Below are positions 13,870 to 29,370 of a stretch of 64,000 bases of DNA, piece by piece (within the stretch, counting starts at the first letter, position 1; every line of letters begins with the position of its first letter). This stretch comes from Eledone cirrhosa (Eukaryota). A program made the position numbers and the translations under genes. The stretch is from NCBI GenBank assembly GCA_964016885.1, contig OZ024754.1, positions 20,832,001 to 20,896,000 of the forward strand, written 5' to 3'. The notes beneath the pieces were generated by a model. That model searched no databases, was not told the DNA's origin, and saw only the letters and a list, made by a program, of their open reading frames with translations.

Positions 13870-16800
13870 ACATACACTCCCTCACATATTACCCTTGGTA
13901 TTAACATAGACTCCCTCCCATATTACCCTTGGTATTAACATAGAGACTCCCCTCCATATTACCCTTGGTATTAATAGAGAGACTCCCTCCCATATTAACC
14001 TTGGTGTTAACATTGACTCACTGCTATATTACCCTTGGTATTAACATAGACTCCCTCCCATATTACCGTTGGTATTAACATAGGGACTCCCTCCCATATT
14101 AGCTTGGTATTAACATAGGGACTCCCTCCCATATTAGCCTTGGTATTTACATAGACTCCCTCCCATATTACCCTTGGTATTAACATAGACTCCCTCCCAT
14201 ATTACCCTTGGTATTAACATAGAGAATCGCTCCCATATTACCCTTGGTATTAACATAGACTCCCTCCCATATTACCCTTGGTATTAACATAGACTCCCTC
14301 CCATATTACCCCTGGTATTAACATAGGGACTCCCTTCCATATTACCCTGGGTATTAACATAGACTACCTCCCATATTACCCTGAGTCTAAACATAGACTC
14401 CCTCACATATTAGACTTGGTATTAACATAGACTCCCTGCCATATTACCCTTGGTATTAACATAGGGACTCCCTCCCATATTACACTTGGTATTAATATAG
14501 AGACTCCCTCCCATATTAACCTTGGTGTTAACATAGACTCCCTCCCATATTACCCTTGGTATTAACATTGGGACTCCCTCCCATATTAGCCTTGGTATTA
14601 ACATAGACTCCCTCCCATATTACCCATGGTATTAACATAGACTCCCTCCCATATTACCCTTGGTATTAACATAGACTCCTTCCCATGTTGGCCTTGGTAT
14701 TAACATAGACTTGCTTCCATATTACCCTCGGTATTAACATAGACACACCGTCCCGTATTACCCTTTGTATTAACATAGGGACTCCCTCCTATACTACCCT
14801 TAGTATTAACATAGACTCCCTCCCATATTACCCTTGGTATTAACATAGGGACTCCCTCCCATATTACCCTTGGTATTAACATAGACTCCCTCCCATATTA
14901 CCCTTGGTATTAAGATAGACTCCTCCCATATTACCCTTGGTATTAACATAGACTCCATCCCATATTACCCTTGGTATTAACATAGACTCCCTCACATATT
15001 ACCCTTGGTGTTAACATAGACTCCCTCCCATATTACCGTTGGTATTAACATAAGGACTCCCTCCCATATTACCCTTGGTATTAACATAGGGACTCCCTCC
15101 CATATTAGCCTTGGTATTAACATAGACTCCCTCCCATATTAGCCTTGGTATTTACATAGACTCCCACTCATATTACCCTTGATATTAACATAGGGACTCC
15201 CTCCCATATTACCCTTGGTATTAACATAGAGACTCCCTCCCATATTACCCTTGGTATTAACATAGACTACCTCCAATATTACCCTGGGTCTTAACATAGA
15301 CTCCCTCCCATATTTGACTTGGTATTAACATAGACTCCCTCACATATTACCCTTGGTATTAACATAGGGACTCCCTCCCATATTACCCTTGGTATTAACA
15401 TAGAGACTCCCCCCATATTACCCTTGGTATTAATATAGAGACTCCCTCCCATATTAACCTTGGTGTTAACATAGAGACTCCCTCCCATATTAGCCTTGGT
15501 ATTAACATAGGGACTCCCTCCCATATTAGCCTGGGTATTTACATAGACTACCTCCCATATTACCCACGGTATTAACATAGACTCCCTCCCATATTAACCT
15601 TGGTGTTAACATAGACTCACTCCCATATTACCCTTGGTATTAACATAGAGACTCCCTCCCATATTAGCCTTGGTATTAACATAGGGACTCCCTCCCATAT
15701 TAGCCTTGGTATTAATATAGAGACCCCCCCTCCATATTACCCTTGGTATTAATATAGACTCCCTCCCATATTACCCTTGGTATTAACATAGACCCCCTCC
15801 CATATTACCCATGGTATTAACATAGACTCCTTCCCATACTACCCTTGGTATTAACATAGACTCCCTCCCATATTACCCTTGGTATTAACATAGAGAATCT
15901 CTCCCATATCACCCTTGGTATTAACATAGACTCCCTCCCATATTACCCTTGGTATTAACATAGACTCCCTCACATATTACCCTTGGTATTAACATAGACT
16001 CCCTCCCATATTACCCCTGGTATTAACATAGGGACTCCCTTCCATATTACCCTTGGTATTAACATAGAGACTCCCTCCCATATTACCCTGAGTATTAACA
16101 TAGACTACCTCCCATATTACCCTGGGTCTTAACATAGACTCCCTCCCATATTAGACTTGGTATTAACATAGACTCCCTCCCATATTACCCTTGGTATTAA
16201 CATAGACTCCCTCCCATATTACCCTTGGTATTAACATAGGGACTCCCTCCCATATTACCCTTGATATTATCATAGAGACTCCCCCCCATATTACCCTTGG
16301 TATTAATATAGAGACTCCCTCCCATATTAACCTTGGTGTTAACATAGACTCCCTCCCATATGACCCTTGGTATTAACATAGGGACTCCCTCCCATATTAG
16401 CTTTGGTCTTAACATAGACTCCCTCCCATATTACCCTTGTTATTAACATAGACTCCCTCCCATATTACCCTTGGTATTAACATAGACTCCCTCCCATGTT
16501 TGCCTTGGTATTAACATAGACTCGCTCAAATATTACCCTTGGTATTAACATAGAGACACCGTCCCGTATTACCCTTGGTATTAACATAGGGACTCCCTCC
16601 TATATTACCCTTAGTATTAACATAGACTCCCTCCCATATTACCATGGGTATTAACATAGGGTCTCCCTCCCATATTACCCTTGGTATTAACATAGACACC
16701 CTCCCATATTACCCTTGGTATTATCATAGGGACACCCTCCCATATTACCCTTGGTATTAACATAGACTCCCTCCCATATTAGCTTTGGTATTAACATAGG

Positions 16801-19650
16801 GACTCCCTCCTATATTACCCTTAGTATTAACATAGACTCCCTCCCATATTACCCTTGGTATTAACATAGACTCCCTGCCATATTACCCTTTGTATTAACA
16901 AAGACTCCCTCCCATATTACCCTTGGTATTAACATAGAGACTCCCCACCACCATATTACCCTTGGTATTAATATAGACTCCCTCCCATATTACCCTTGCT
17001 ATTAACATAGAGACGCCCTCCCATATTACCCTTGGTATTAACATAGACTCCCTCCCATATTACCCTTGGTATTAAATAGAGACTCCCTCCCATATTAACA
17101 TTGGTATTAACATAGACTCCCTCCCATATTACCCTTGGTATTAACATAGACTCCCTCCCATATTAGACTTGGTATTAACATAGACTCCCTCCCATTTTAC
17201 CCTTGGTATTAACATAGACTCCCTCCCATATTACCCTTGTTATTAACATAGACTCCCTCACATATTACCCTTGGTATTAACATAGACTCCCTCACATATT
17301 ACCCTTGGTATTAACATAGACTCCCTCCCATATTACCCTTGGTATTAACATAGAGACTCCCCTCCATATTACCCTTGGTATTAATAGAGAGACTCCCTCC
17401 CATATTAACCTTGGTGTTAACATTGACTCACTGCTATATTACCCTTGGTATTAACATAGACTCCCTCCCATATTACCGTTGGTATTAACATAGGGACTCC
17501 TTCCCATATTAGCTTGGTATTAACATAGGGACTCCCTCCCATATTAGCCTTGGTATTTACATAGACTCCCTCCCATATTACCCTTGGTATTAACATAGAC
17601 TCCCTCCCATATTACCCTTGGTATTAACATAGAGAATCGCTCCCATATTACCCTTGGTATTAACATAGACTCCCTCCCATATTACCCTTGGTATTAACAT
17701 AGACTCCCTCCCATATTACCCCTGGTATTAACATAGGGACTCCTTTCCATATTACCCTGGGTATTAACATAGACTACCTCCCATATTATCCTGAGTCTAA
17801 ACATAGACTCCCTCACATATTAGACTTGGTATTAACATAGACTCCCTGCCATATTAACCTTGGTATTAACATAGGGACTCCCTCCCATATTACACTTGGT
17901 ATTAATATAGAGACTCCCTCCCATATTAACCTTGGTGTTAACATAGACTCCCTCCCATATTACCCTTGGTATTAACATTGGGACTCCCTCCCATATTAGC
18001 CTTGAGATTAACATAGACTCCCTCCCATATTACCCTTGGTATTAACATAGACTCCCTCCCATATTACCCTTGGTATTAACATAGACTCCTTCCCATGTTG
18101 GCCTTGGTATTAACATAGACTTGCTTCCATATTACCCTTGGTATTAACATAGACACACCGTCCCGTATTACCCTTTGTATTAACATAGGGACTCCCTCCT
18201 ATACTACCCTTAGTATTAACATAGACTCCCTCCCATGTTACCCTTGGTATTAACATAGGGACTCCCTCCCATATTACCCTTGGTATTAACATAGACTCCC
18301 TCCCATATTACCCTTGGTATTAAGATAGACTCCTCCCATATTACCCTTGGTATTAACATAGACTCCATCCCATATTACCCTTGGTATTAACATAGACTCC
18401 CTCACATATTACCCTTGGTGTTAACATAGACTCCCTCCCATATTACCGTTGGTATTAACATAAGGACTCCCTCCCATATTAGCCTTGGTATTAACATAGG
18501 GACTCCCTCCCATATTAGCCTTGGTATTAACATAGACTCCCTCCCATATTAGCCTTGGTATTTACATGGACTCCCACTCATATTACCCTTGGTATTAACA
18601 TAGGGACTCCCTCCCATATTACCCTTGGTATTAACATAGAGACTCCCTCCCATATTACCCTTGGTATTAACATAGACTACCTCCAATATTACCCTGGGTC
18701 TTAACATAGACTACCTCCCATATTACCCATGGTATTAACATAGACTCCCTCACATATTACCCTTGGTATTAACATAGGGACTCCCTCCCATATTACCCTT
18801 GGTATTAACATAGAGACTCCCCCCATATTACCCTTGGTATTAATATAGAGACTCCCTCCCATATTAACCTTGGTGTTAACATAGAGACTCCCTCCCATAT
18901 TAGCCTTGGTATTAACATAGGGACTCCCTCCCACATTAGCCTGGGTATTTACATAGACTACCTCCCATATTACCCATGGTATTAACATAGACTCCCTCCC
19001 ATATTAACCTTGGTGCTAACATAGACTCACTCCCATATTACCCTTGGTATTAACATAGAGACTCCCTCCCATATTAGCCTTGGTATTAACATAGGGACTC
19101 CCTCCCATATTAGCCTTGGTATTAATATAGAGACCCCCCCTCCATATTACCCTTGGTATTAATATAGACTCCCTCCCATATTACCCTTGGTATTAACATA
19201 GACCCCCTCCCATATTACCCATGGTATTAACATAGACTCCCTCCCATACTACCCTTGGTATTAACATAGACTCCCTCCCATATTACCCTTGGTATTAACA
19301 TAGAGAATCTCTCCCATATCACCCTTGGTATTAACATAGACTCCCTCCCATATTACCCTTGGTATTAACATAGACTCCCTCACATATTACCCTTGGTATT
19401 AACATAGACTCCCTCCCATATTACCCCTGGTATTAACATAGGGACTCCCTTCCATATTACCCTTGGTATTAACATAGAGACTCCCTCCCATATTACCCTG
19501 GGTATTAACATAGACTACCTCCCATATTACCCTGGGTCTTAACATAGACTCCCTCCCATATTAGACTTGGTATTAACATAGACTCCCTCCCATATTACCC
19601 TTGGTATTAACATAGACTCCCTCCCATATTACCCTTGGTATTAACATAGG
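13870..19650. repeat. HOR domain B: 3,410-bp period, about 1.7 copies
   Basis: CATTGACTCACTGCTATATT occurs at 14011 and 17421. ORF-track pairs 14422/17832, 14700/18110 and 15291/18701 are all offset by exactly 3410. Confidence 0.92.
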
Positions 19651-19949
19651 GACTCCCTCCCATATTAGCTTTGGTCTTAACATAGACTCCCTCCCATATT
19701 ACCCTTGTTATTAACATAGACTCCCTCCCATATTACCCTTGGTATTAACATAGACTCCCTCCCATGTTAGCCTTGGTATTAACATAGACTCCCTCCCATA
19801 TTAGACTTGGTATAAACATAGACTCCCTCCCATTTTACCCTTGGTATTAACATAGACTCCCTCCCATATTACCCTTGGTATTAACATAGACTCCCTCCCA
19901 TATTAGCTTTGGTATTAACATAGGGACTCCCTCCTATATTACCCTTAGT

Positions 19950-22900
19950 ATTAACATAGACTCCCTCCCATATTACCATGGGTATTAACATAGGGTCTCC
20001 CTCCCATATTACCCTTGGTATTAACATAGACACCCTCCCATATTACCCTTGGTATTATCATAGGGACACCCTCCCATATTACCCTTGGTATTAACATAGA
20101 CTCCCTCCCATATTAGCTTTGGTATTAACATAGGGACTCCCTCCTATATTACCCTTAGTATTAACATAGACTCCCTCCCATATTACCCTTGGTATTAACA
20201 TAGACTCCCTGCCATATTACCCTTTGTATTAACAAAGACTCCCTCCCATATTACCCTTGGTATTAACATAGACTCCTCCCATATTACACTTGGTATTAAC
20301 GTAGACTCACTCCCATATTAGCCTTGGTATTAACATAGAGACTCCCCACCACCATATTACCCTTGGTATTAATATAGACTCCCTCCCATATTACCCTTGC
20401 TATTAACATAGAGACGCCCTCCCATATTACCCTTGGTATTAACATAGACTCCCTCCCATATTACCCTTGGTATTAAATAGAGACTCCCTCCCATATTAAC
20501 ATTGGTATTAACATAGACTCCCTCCCATATTACCCTTGGTATTAACATAGACTCCCTCCCATATTAGACTTGGTATAAACATAGACTCCCTCCCATTTTA
20601 CCCTTGGTATTAACATAGACTCCCTCCCATATTACCCTTGGTATTAACATAGACTCCCTCACATATTACCCTTGGTATTAACATAGACTCTCTCCCATAT
20701 TACCGTTGTTATTAACATAGGGACTCCCTCCCATATTAGCCTTGGTATTAACATAGACTCCCTCCCATATTAGCCTTGGTATTTACATAGACTCCCTCTC
20801 ATATTACCCCTGGTATTAACATAGGGACTCCCTCTCATATTACCCTTGGTATTAACATAGGGACTCCCTCCCATATTACCCTTGGTATTAACATAGAGAC
20901 TCCCTCCCATATTACCCTTGGTATTAACATAGACTACCTCCCATATTAGCCTGGGTCTTAACATAGACTCCCTCCCATATTACCCTTGGTATTAACATAG
21001 CGACTCCCCCCATATTACCCTTGGTATTAATATAGAGACTCCCTCCCATATTAACCTTGGTGTTAACATAGACTCACTCCCATATTACCCTTGGTATTAA
21101 CATAGGGACTCCGTCCCATATTAGCTTTGGTATTAACATAGGGACTCCCTCCCATATTAGCCTTGGTATTTACGTAGACTTACTCCCATATTACCCTTGG
21201 TATTAACATAGACTCCCTCCCATATTACCCTTGGTATTAACATAGACTCCCTGCCATATTACCCATTGTATTAACATAGACTCCCTCCTAAATTACCCGT
21301 GTTATTAACATAGACTCCCTCCCATATTAGCCTTGGTATTAACATAGAGACTCTACCCCTCCATATTACCCTTGGTATTAATATAGACTCCCTCCCATAT
21401 TACCCATGGTATTAACATAGAGACTCCTTCCCATATTAGCCTTGGTATTAACATAGAGACTCCCCCCCATATTACCCTTGGTATTAACATAGAGACTCCC
21501 CCCCCTCCATATTACCCTTGGTATTAATATAGACTCCCTCCCATATTACCCAAGGTATTAATATAGACTCCCTCCCATATTACCCTTCGTATTAACATAG
21601 ACTCCCTCCCATATTACCCTTCGTATTAACATAGAGAATCTCTCCCATATTACCCTTGGTATTAACATAGTCTCCCTCCCATATTACCCTTGGTATTAAC
21701 ATAGACTTCCTCACATATTACCCTTGGTATTAACATAGACTCCATCCCATATTACCCCTGGTATTAACATAGAGACTCCCTTCCAAATTACCCTTGGTAT
21801 TAACATAGAGACTCCCTCCTATATTACCCTGGGTATTAACATAGACTACCTCCCATATTACCCTGGGTCTTAAGATAGACTCCCTCCAATATTATACTTG
21901 GTATTAACATAGACTCCCTCCCATATTACCCTTGGTAGTAACATAGACTCCCTCCCATATTAGCCTTGGTATTTACATAGACTACCTCCCATATTACCCT
22001 TGGTATTAACATAGACTCCCTCCCATATTAGCCTTGGTATTAACATAGAGACCCCCCCCTCCATATTACCCTTGGTATTAATATAGACTCCCTCCCATAT
22101 TACCCATGGTATTAACATAGACTCCCTCCCATATTACCCTTGGTATTAACATAGACTCCCTCCCATATTACCCTGGGTCTTAACATAGACTCCCTCCCAT
22201 ATTAGACTTGGTATTAACATAGACTCCCTCCAATATTACCCTTGGTATTAACATAGACTCCCTCCCATATTACCCTTGGTATTAACATAGGGATTTCCTC
22301 CCATATTACCCTTGGTATTAACTAAGAGACTCCCCCCATATTACCCTTGGTATTTATATAGAGACTCCCTCCCATATTAACCTTGGTGTTAACATAGACT
22401 CACTCCCATATTACCCTTGGTATTAACATAGGGACTCCCTCCCATATTAGCCCTGGTATTGACATAGACTACCTCCCATATTACCCTTGGTATTAACATA
22501 GACTCCCTCCCATATTACCCTTCGTCTTAACATAGACTCCCTGCCATATTACCCTTTGTATTAACATAGACTCCCTCCCATATTACCCTTGGTATTAACA
22601 TAGACGCCCTCCTATATTAGCCTTGGTATTAACATAGCGACTCGCCCCCCTCCATATTACCCTTGGTATTAACATAGACCCCCTCCCATATTACCCATGG
22701 TATTAACATAGACTTCCTCCCATGTTACCCTTGGTATTAACATAGACTCCCTCACATATTACCCTTGGTATTAACATAGACTCCCTCCCATATTACTCCT
22801 GGTATTAACATAGGGATTCCCTTCCATATTACCCTTGGTATTAACATAGAGACTCCCTCCCATATTACCTTGGGTATTAACATAGACTACCTCCCATATT

Positions 22901-25900
22901 ACCCGGGGTCTTAACATAGACTCCCTCCCATATTAGACTTGATATTAACATAGACTCCCTCCCATATTACACTTGGTATCAGCATAGACTCCCTCCCATA
23001 TTACCCTTGGTATTAACATAGGGACTCCCTCCCATATTACCCTTGGTATTAACATAGAGACTCCCCCCATATTACCCTTGGTATTAATATAGAGACTCCC
23101 TCCCATATTAACCTTGGTGTTAACATAGACTCCCTCCCATATTACCCTTGGTATTAACATAGAGACGCCCTCCCATATTACCCTTGGTATCAACATAGAC
23201 TCCCTCCCATGTTGCCCTTGGTATTAACATAGACTCCCCCACATATTACCCTTGGTATTAACATAGACTACCTCCCATATTACCCTTGGTATTAACATAG
23301 GGACTCCCTCCCATATTACCCTTGGTATTACATAGAGACTCCCCTCCATATTACCCTTGGTATTAATATAGAGACTCCCTCCCATATTAACCTTGGTGTT
23401 AACATAGACTCACTGCCATATTACCCTTGGTATTAACATAGGGACTCCCTCCCACATTAGCATGGTATTAACATAGGGACTCCCTCCCATATTAGCCTTG
23501 GTATTTACGTAGACTCCCTCCCATATTACCCTTGGTATTAACATAGACTCCCTCCCATATTACTCTTGGTATTAACATAGACTCCCTGCCATATTACCCG
23601 GGGTATTAACATAGACTCCCTCCCATATTAGCCTTGGTATTAACATAGAGACTCCCCCCCTCAATATTACCCTTGGTATTAATATAGACTCCCTCCCATA
23701 TTGCCCTTGGTATTAACATAGACCCCCTCCCATATTACCCATGGTATTAACAGAGACTCCCTCCCATATTACCCTTGGTATTAACATAGACTCCCTCCCA
23801 TATTACCCTTGGTATTAACATAGAGAATCTCTCCCATATTACCCTTGGTATTAACATAGACTTCCTCCCATATTACCCTTGGTATTAACATAGACTCCCT
23901 CATATATTACCCTTGGTATTAACATAGACTCCCTCCCATATTACCCCTGGTATTAACATAGGGACTCCCTTCCATATTACCCTGGGTATTAACATAGACT
24001 ACCTCCCATATTACCTTGGGTCTTAACATAGACTCCCTCCCACATTAGACTTGGTATTAACATAGACTCCCTGCCATATTACCCTTTGTATCAATATAGA
24101 CTCCCTCCCATATTACCCTTGGTATTAACATAGACTCCCTCCCATATTACCCTTGGTATTAACATAGGGACTCCCTCCCATATTACCCTTGATATTATCA
24201 TAGAGACTCCCCCCATATTACCCTTGGTATTAATATAGAGACTCCCTCCCATATTAACCTTGGTGTTAACATAGACTCCCTCCCATATGACCCTTGGTAT
24301 TAACATAGGGACTCCCTCCCATATTAGCTTTGGTCTTAACATAGACTCCCTCCCATATTACCCTTGTTATTAACATAGACTCCCTCCCATATTACCCTTG
24401 GTATTAACATAGACTCCCTCCCATATTACCCTTGGTATTAACATAGAGACTCCCTCCCATATTACCCTTGGTATTAACATAGACTCCCTCCCATATTACC
24501 CTTGGTATTAACATAGACTCGCTCAAATATTACCCTTGGTATTAACATAGAGACACCGTCCCGTATTACCCTTGGTATTAACATAGCGACTCCCTCCTAT
24601 ATTACCCTTAGTATTAACATAGACTCCCTCCCATATTACCATGGGTATTAACATAGGGTCTCCCTCCCATATTACCCTTGGTATTAACATAGACACCCTC
24701 CCATATTACCCTTGGTATTATCATAGGGACACCCTCCCATATTACCCTTGGTATTAACATAGACTCCCTCCCATATTAGCTTTGGTATTAACATAGGGAC
24801 TCCCTCCTATATTACCCTTAGTATTAACATAGACTCCCTCCCATATTACCCTTGGTATTAACATAGACTCCCTGCCATATTACCCTTTGTATTAACAAAG
24901 ACTCCCTCCCATATTACCCTTGGTATTAACATAGACTCCTCCCATATTACACTTGGTATTAACGTAGACTCACTCCCATATTAGCCTTGGTATTAACATA
25001 GAGACTCCCCACCACCATATTACCCTTGGTATTAATATAGACTCCCTCCCATATTACCCTTGCTATTAACATAGAGACGCCCTCCCATATTACCCTTGGT
25101 ATTAACATAGACTCCCTCCCATATTACCCTTGGTATTAAATAGAGACTCCCTCCCATATTAACATTGGTATTAACATAGACTCCCTCCCATATTACCCTT
25201 GGTATTAACATAGACTCCCTCCCATATTAGACTTGGTATAAACATAGACTCCCTCCCATTTTACCCTTGGTATTAACATAGACTCCCTCCCATATTACCC
25301 TTGGTATTAACATAGACTCCCTCACATATTACCCTTGGTATTAACATAGACTCCCTCCCATATTACCGTTGTTATTAACATAGGGACTCCCTCCCATATT
25401 AGCCTTGGTATTAACATAGGGTCTCCCTCCCATATTAGCCTTGGTATTAACATAGACTCCCTCCCATATTAGCCTTGGTATTTACATAGACTCCCTCTCA
25501 TATTACCCCTGTTATTAACATAGGGACTCCCTCTCATATTACCCTTGGTATTAACATAGGGACTCCCTCCCATATTACCCTTGCTATTAACATAGAGACG
25601 CCCTCCCATATTACCCTTGGTATTAACATAGACTCCCTCCCATATTACCCTTGGTATTAAATAGAGACTCCCTCCCATATTAACATTGGTATTAACATAG
25701 ACTCCCTCCCATATTACCCTTGGTATTAACATAGACTCCCTCCCATATTAGACTTGGTATAAACATAGACTCCCTCCCATTTTACCCTTGGTATTAACAT
25801 AGACTCCCTCCCATATTACCCTTGGTATTAACATAGACTCCCTCACATATTACCCTTGGTATTAACATAGACTCCCTCCCATATTACCGTTGTTATTAAC

Positions 25901-28900
25901 ATAGGGACTCCCTCCCATATTAGCCTTGGTATTAACATAGGGACTCCCTCCCATATTAGCCTTGGTATTAACATAGACTCCCTCCCATAATAGCCTTGGT
26001 ATTTACATAGACTCCCTCTCATATTACCCCTGTTATTAACATAGGGACTCCCTCTCATATTACCCTTGGTATTAACATAGGGACTCCCTCCCATATTACC
26101 CTTGGTATTAACATAGAGACTCCCTCCCATATCACCCTTGGTATTAACATAGACTACCTCCCATATTACCCTGGGTCTTAACATAGACTCCCTCCCATAT
26201 TACCCTTGGTATTAACATAGCGACTCCCCCCATATTACCCTTGGTATTAATATAGAGACTCCCTCCCATATTAACCTTGGTGTTAACATAGACTCACTCC
26301 CATATTACCCTTGGTATTAACATAGGGACTCTGTCCCATATTAGCTTTGGTATTAACATAGGGACTCCCTCCCATATTAGCCTTGGTATTTACGTAGACT
26401 TACTCCCATATTACCCTTGGTATTAACATAGACTCCCTCCCATATTACCCTTGGTATTAACATAGACTCCCTGCCATATTACCCATTGTATTAACATAGA
26501 CTCCCTCCTAAATTACCCGTGTTATTAACATAGACTCCCTCCCATATTAGCCTTGGTATTAACATAGAGACTCTCCCCCCTCCATATTACCCTTGGTATT
26601 AATATAGACTCCCTCCCATATTACCCATGGTATTAACATAGACTCCCTCCCATATTACCCTTGGTATTAACATAGACTCCCTCCCATATTACCCTTGGTA
26701 TTAACATAGAGACTCCCTCCCATATTAGCCTTGGTATTAACATAGAGACTCCCCCGCATATTACCCTTGGTATTAACATAGAGACTCCCCCCCCTCCATA
26801 TTACCCTTGGTATTAATATAGACTCCCTCCCATATTACCCAAGGTATTAACATAGACTCCCTCCCATATTACCCTTGGTATTAACATAGACTCCCTCCCA
26901 TATTACCCTTCGTATTAACATAGAGAATCTCTCCCATATTACCCTTGGTATTAACATAGTCTCCCTCCCATATTACCCTTGGTATTAACATAGACTTCCT
27001 CACATATTACCCTTGGTATTAACATAGACTCCATCCCATATTACCCCTGGTATTAACATAGAGACTCCCTTCCATATTACCCTTGGTATTAACATAGAGA
27101 CTCCCTCCTATATTACCCTGGGTATTAACATAGACTACCTCCCATATTACCCTGGGTCTTAAGATAGACTCCCTCCAATATTATACTTGGTATTAACATA
27201 GACTCCCTCCCATATTACCCTTGGTAGTAACATAGACTCCCTCCCATATTAGCCTTGGTATTTACATAGACTACCTCCCATATTACCCTTGGTATTAACA
27301 TAGACTCCCTCCCATATTAGCCTTGGTATTAACATAGAGACCCCCCCCCGCCATATTACCCTTGGTATTAATATAGACTCCCTCCCATATTACCCATGGT
27401 ATTAACATAGACTCCCTCCCATATTACCCTTGGTATTAACATAGACTCCCTCCCATATTACCCTGGGTCTTAACATAGACTCCCTCCCATATTAGACTTG
27501 GTATTAACATAGACTCCCTCCCATATTACCCTTGGTATTAACATAGACTCCCTCCCATATTACCCTTGGTATTAACATAGGGATTTCCTCCCATATTACC
27601 CTTGGTATTAACTAAGAGACTCCCCCCATATTACCCTTGGTATTTATATAGAGACTCCCTCCCATATTAACCTTGGTGTTAACATAGACTCACTCCCATA
27701 TTACCCTTGGTATTAACATAGGGACTCCCTCCCATATTAGCCCTGGTATTGACATAGACTACCTCCCATATTACCCTTGGTATTAACATAGACTCCCTCC
27801 CATATTACCCTTCGTCTTAACATAGACTCCCTGCCATATTACCCTTTGTATTAACATAGACTCCCTCCCATATTACCCTTGGTACTAACATAGACGCCCT
27901 CCTATATTAGCCTTGGTATTAACATAGCGACTCCCCCCCCTCCATATTACCCTTGGTATTAACATAGACCCCCTCCCATATTACCCATGGTATTAACATA
28001 GACTTCCTCCCATGTTACCCTTGGTATTAACATAGACTCCCTCACATATTACCCTTGGTATTAACATAGACTCCCTCCCATATTACCCCTGGTATTAACA
28101 TAGGGATTCCCTTCCATATTACCCTTGGTATTAACATAGAGACTCCCTCCCATATTACCCTGGGTATTAACATAGACTACCTCCCATATTACCCTGGGTC
28201 TTAACATAGACTCCCTCCCATATTAGACTTGATATTAACATAGACTCCCTCCCATATTACACTTGGTATCAGCATAGACTCCCTCCCATATTACCCTTGG
28301 TATTAACATAGGGACTCCCTCCCATATTACCCTTGGTATTAACATAGAGACTCCCCCCCATATTACCCTTGGTATTAATATAGAGACTCCCTCCCATATT
28401 AACCTTGGTGTTAACATAGACTCCCTCCCATATTACCCTTGGTATTAACATAGAGACGCCCTCCCATATTACCCTTGGTATCAACATAGACTCCCTCCCA
28501 TGTTGCCCTTGGTATTAACATAGACTCCCCCACATATTACCCTTGGTATTAACATAGACTACCTCCCATATTACCCTTGGTATTAACATAGGGACTCCCT
28601 CCCATATTACCCTTGGTATTACATAGAGACTCCCCTCCATATTACCCTTGGTATTAATATAGAGACTCCCTCCCATATTAACCTTGGTGTTAACATAGAC
28701 TCACTGCCATATTACCCTTGGTATTAACATAGGGACTCCCTCCCACATTAGCATGGTATTAACATAGGGACTCCCTCCCATATTAGCCTTGGTATTTACG
28801 TAGACTCCCTCCCATATTACCCTTGGTATTAACATAGACTCCCTCCCATATTACCCTTGGTATTAACATAGACTCCCTGCCATATTACCCTGGGTATTAA

Positions 28901-29370
28901 CATAGACTCCCTCCCATATTAGCCTTGGTATTAACATAGAGACTCCCCCCCTCAATATTACCCTTGTTATTAATATAGACTCCCTCCCATATTGCCCTTG
29001 GTATTAACATAGACCCCCTCCCATATTACCCATGGTATTAACAGAGACTCCCTCCCATATTACCCTTGGTATTAACATAGACTCCCTCCCATATTACCCT
29101 TGGTATTAACATAGAGAATCTCTCCCATATTACCCTTGGTATTAACATAGACTTCCTCCCATATTACCCTTGGTATTAACATAGACTCCCTCATATATTA
29201 CCCTTGGTATTAACATAGACTCCCTCCCATATTAGCCTGGTATTAACATAGGGACTCCCTTCCATATTACCCTGGGTATTAACATAGACTACCTCCCATA
29301 TTACCTTGGGTCTTAACATAGACTCCCTCCCACATTAGACTTGGTATTAACATAGACTCCCTGCCATATT
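19950..29370. repeat. HOR domain C: duplicated unit, offset ~4.7 kb at the start and ~5.2-5.3 kb after an internal duplication in copy 2
   Basis: Landmark pairs: ACCATGGGT..GGGTCTCCC 19975/24638, CGACTCCCC 21001/26221, CAAGGT 21551/26840 and GGATTTCC 22291/27581. Also paired are GTATCAGCA ~22976/28266 and TATTACATAG ~23326/28617. Confidence 0.88.
25060..26100. repeat. 521-bp internal tandem duplication within copy 2 of domain C
   Basis: TGCTATTAACATAGAGACGCC occurs at 25061 and 25582. Each is followed by the same series: TATTAAATAG, GTATAAAC, CCGTTGTT, CCCCTGTT. Confidence 0.85.

Noticed and set aside
22290-22298. GGGATTTCC NF-kB/Rel-like site (also at ~27580), and the similar GGGACTCCC in GG-type monomers
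   Set aside because: It is a two-substitution derivative of the repeat that was copied by the HOR duplication. There is no nearby gene or other evidence of regulatory function.
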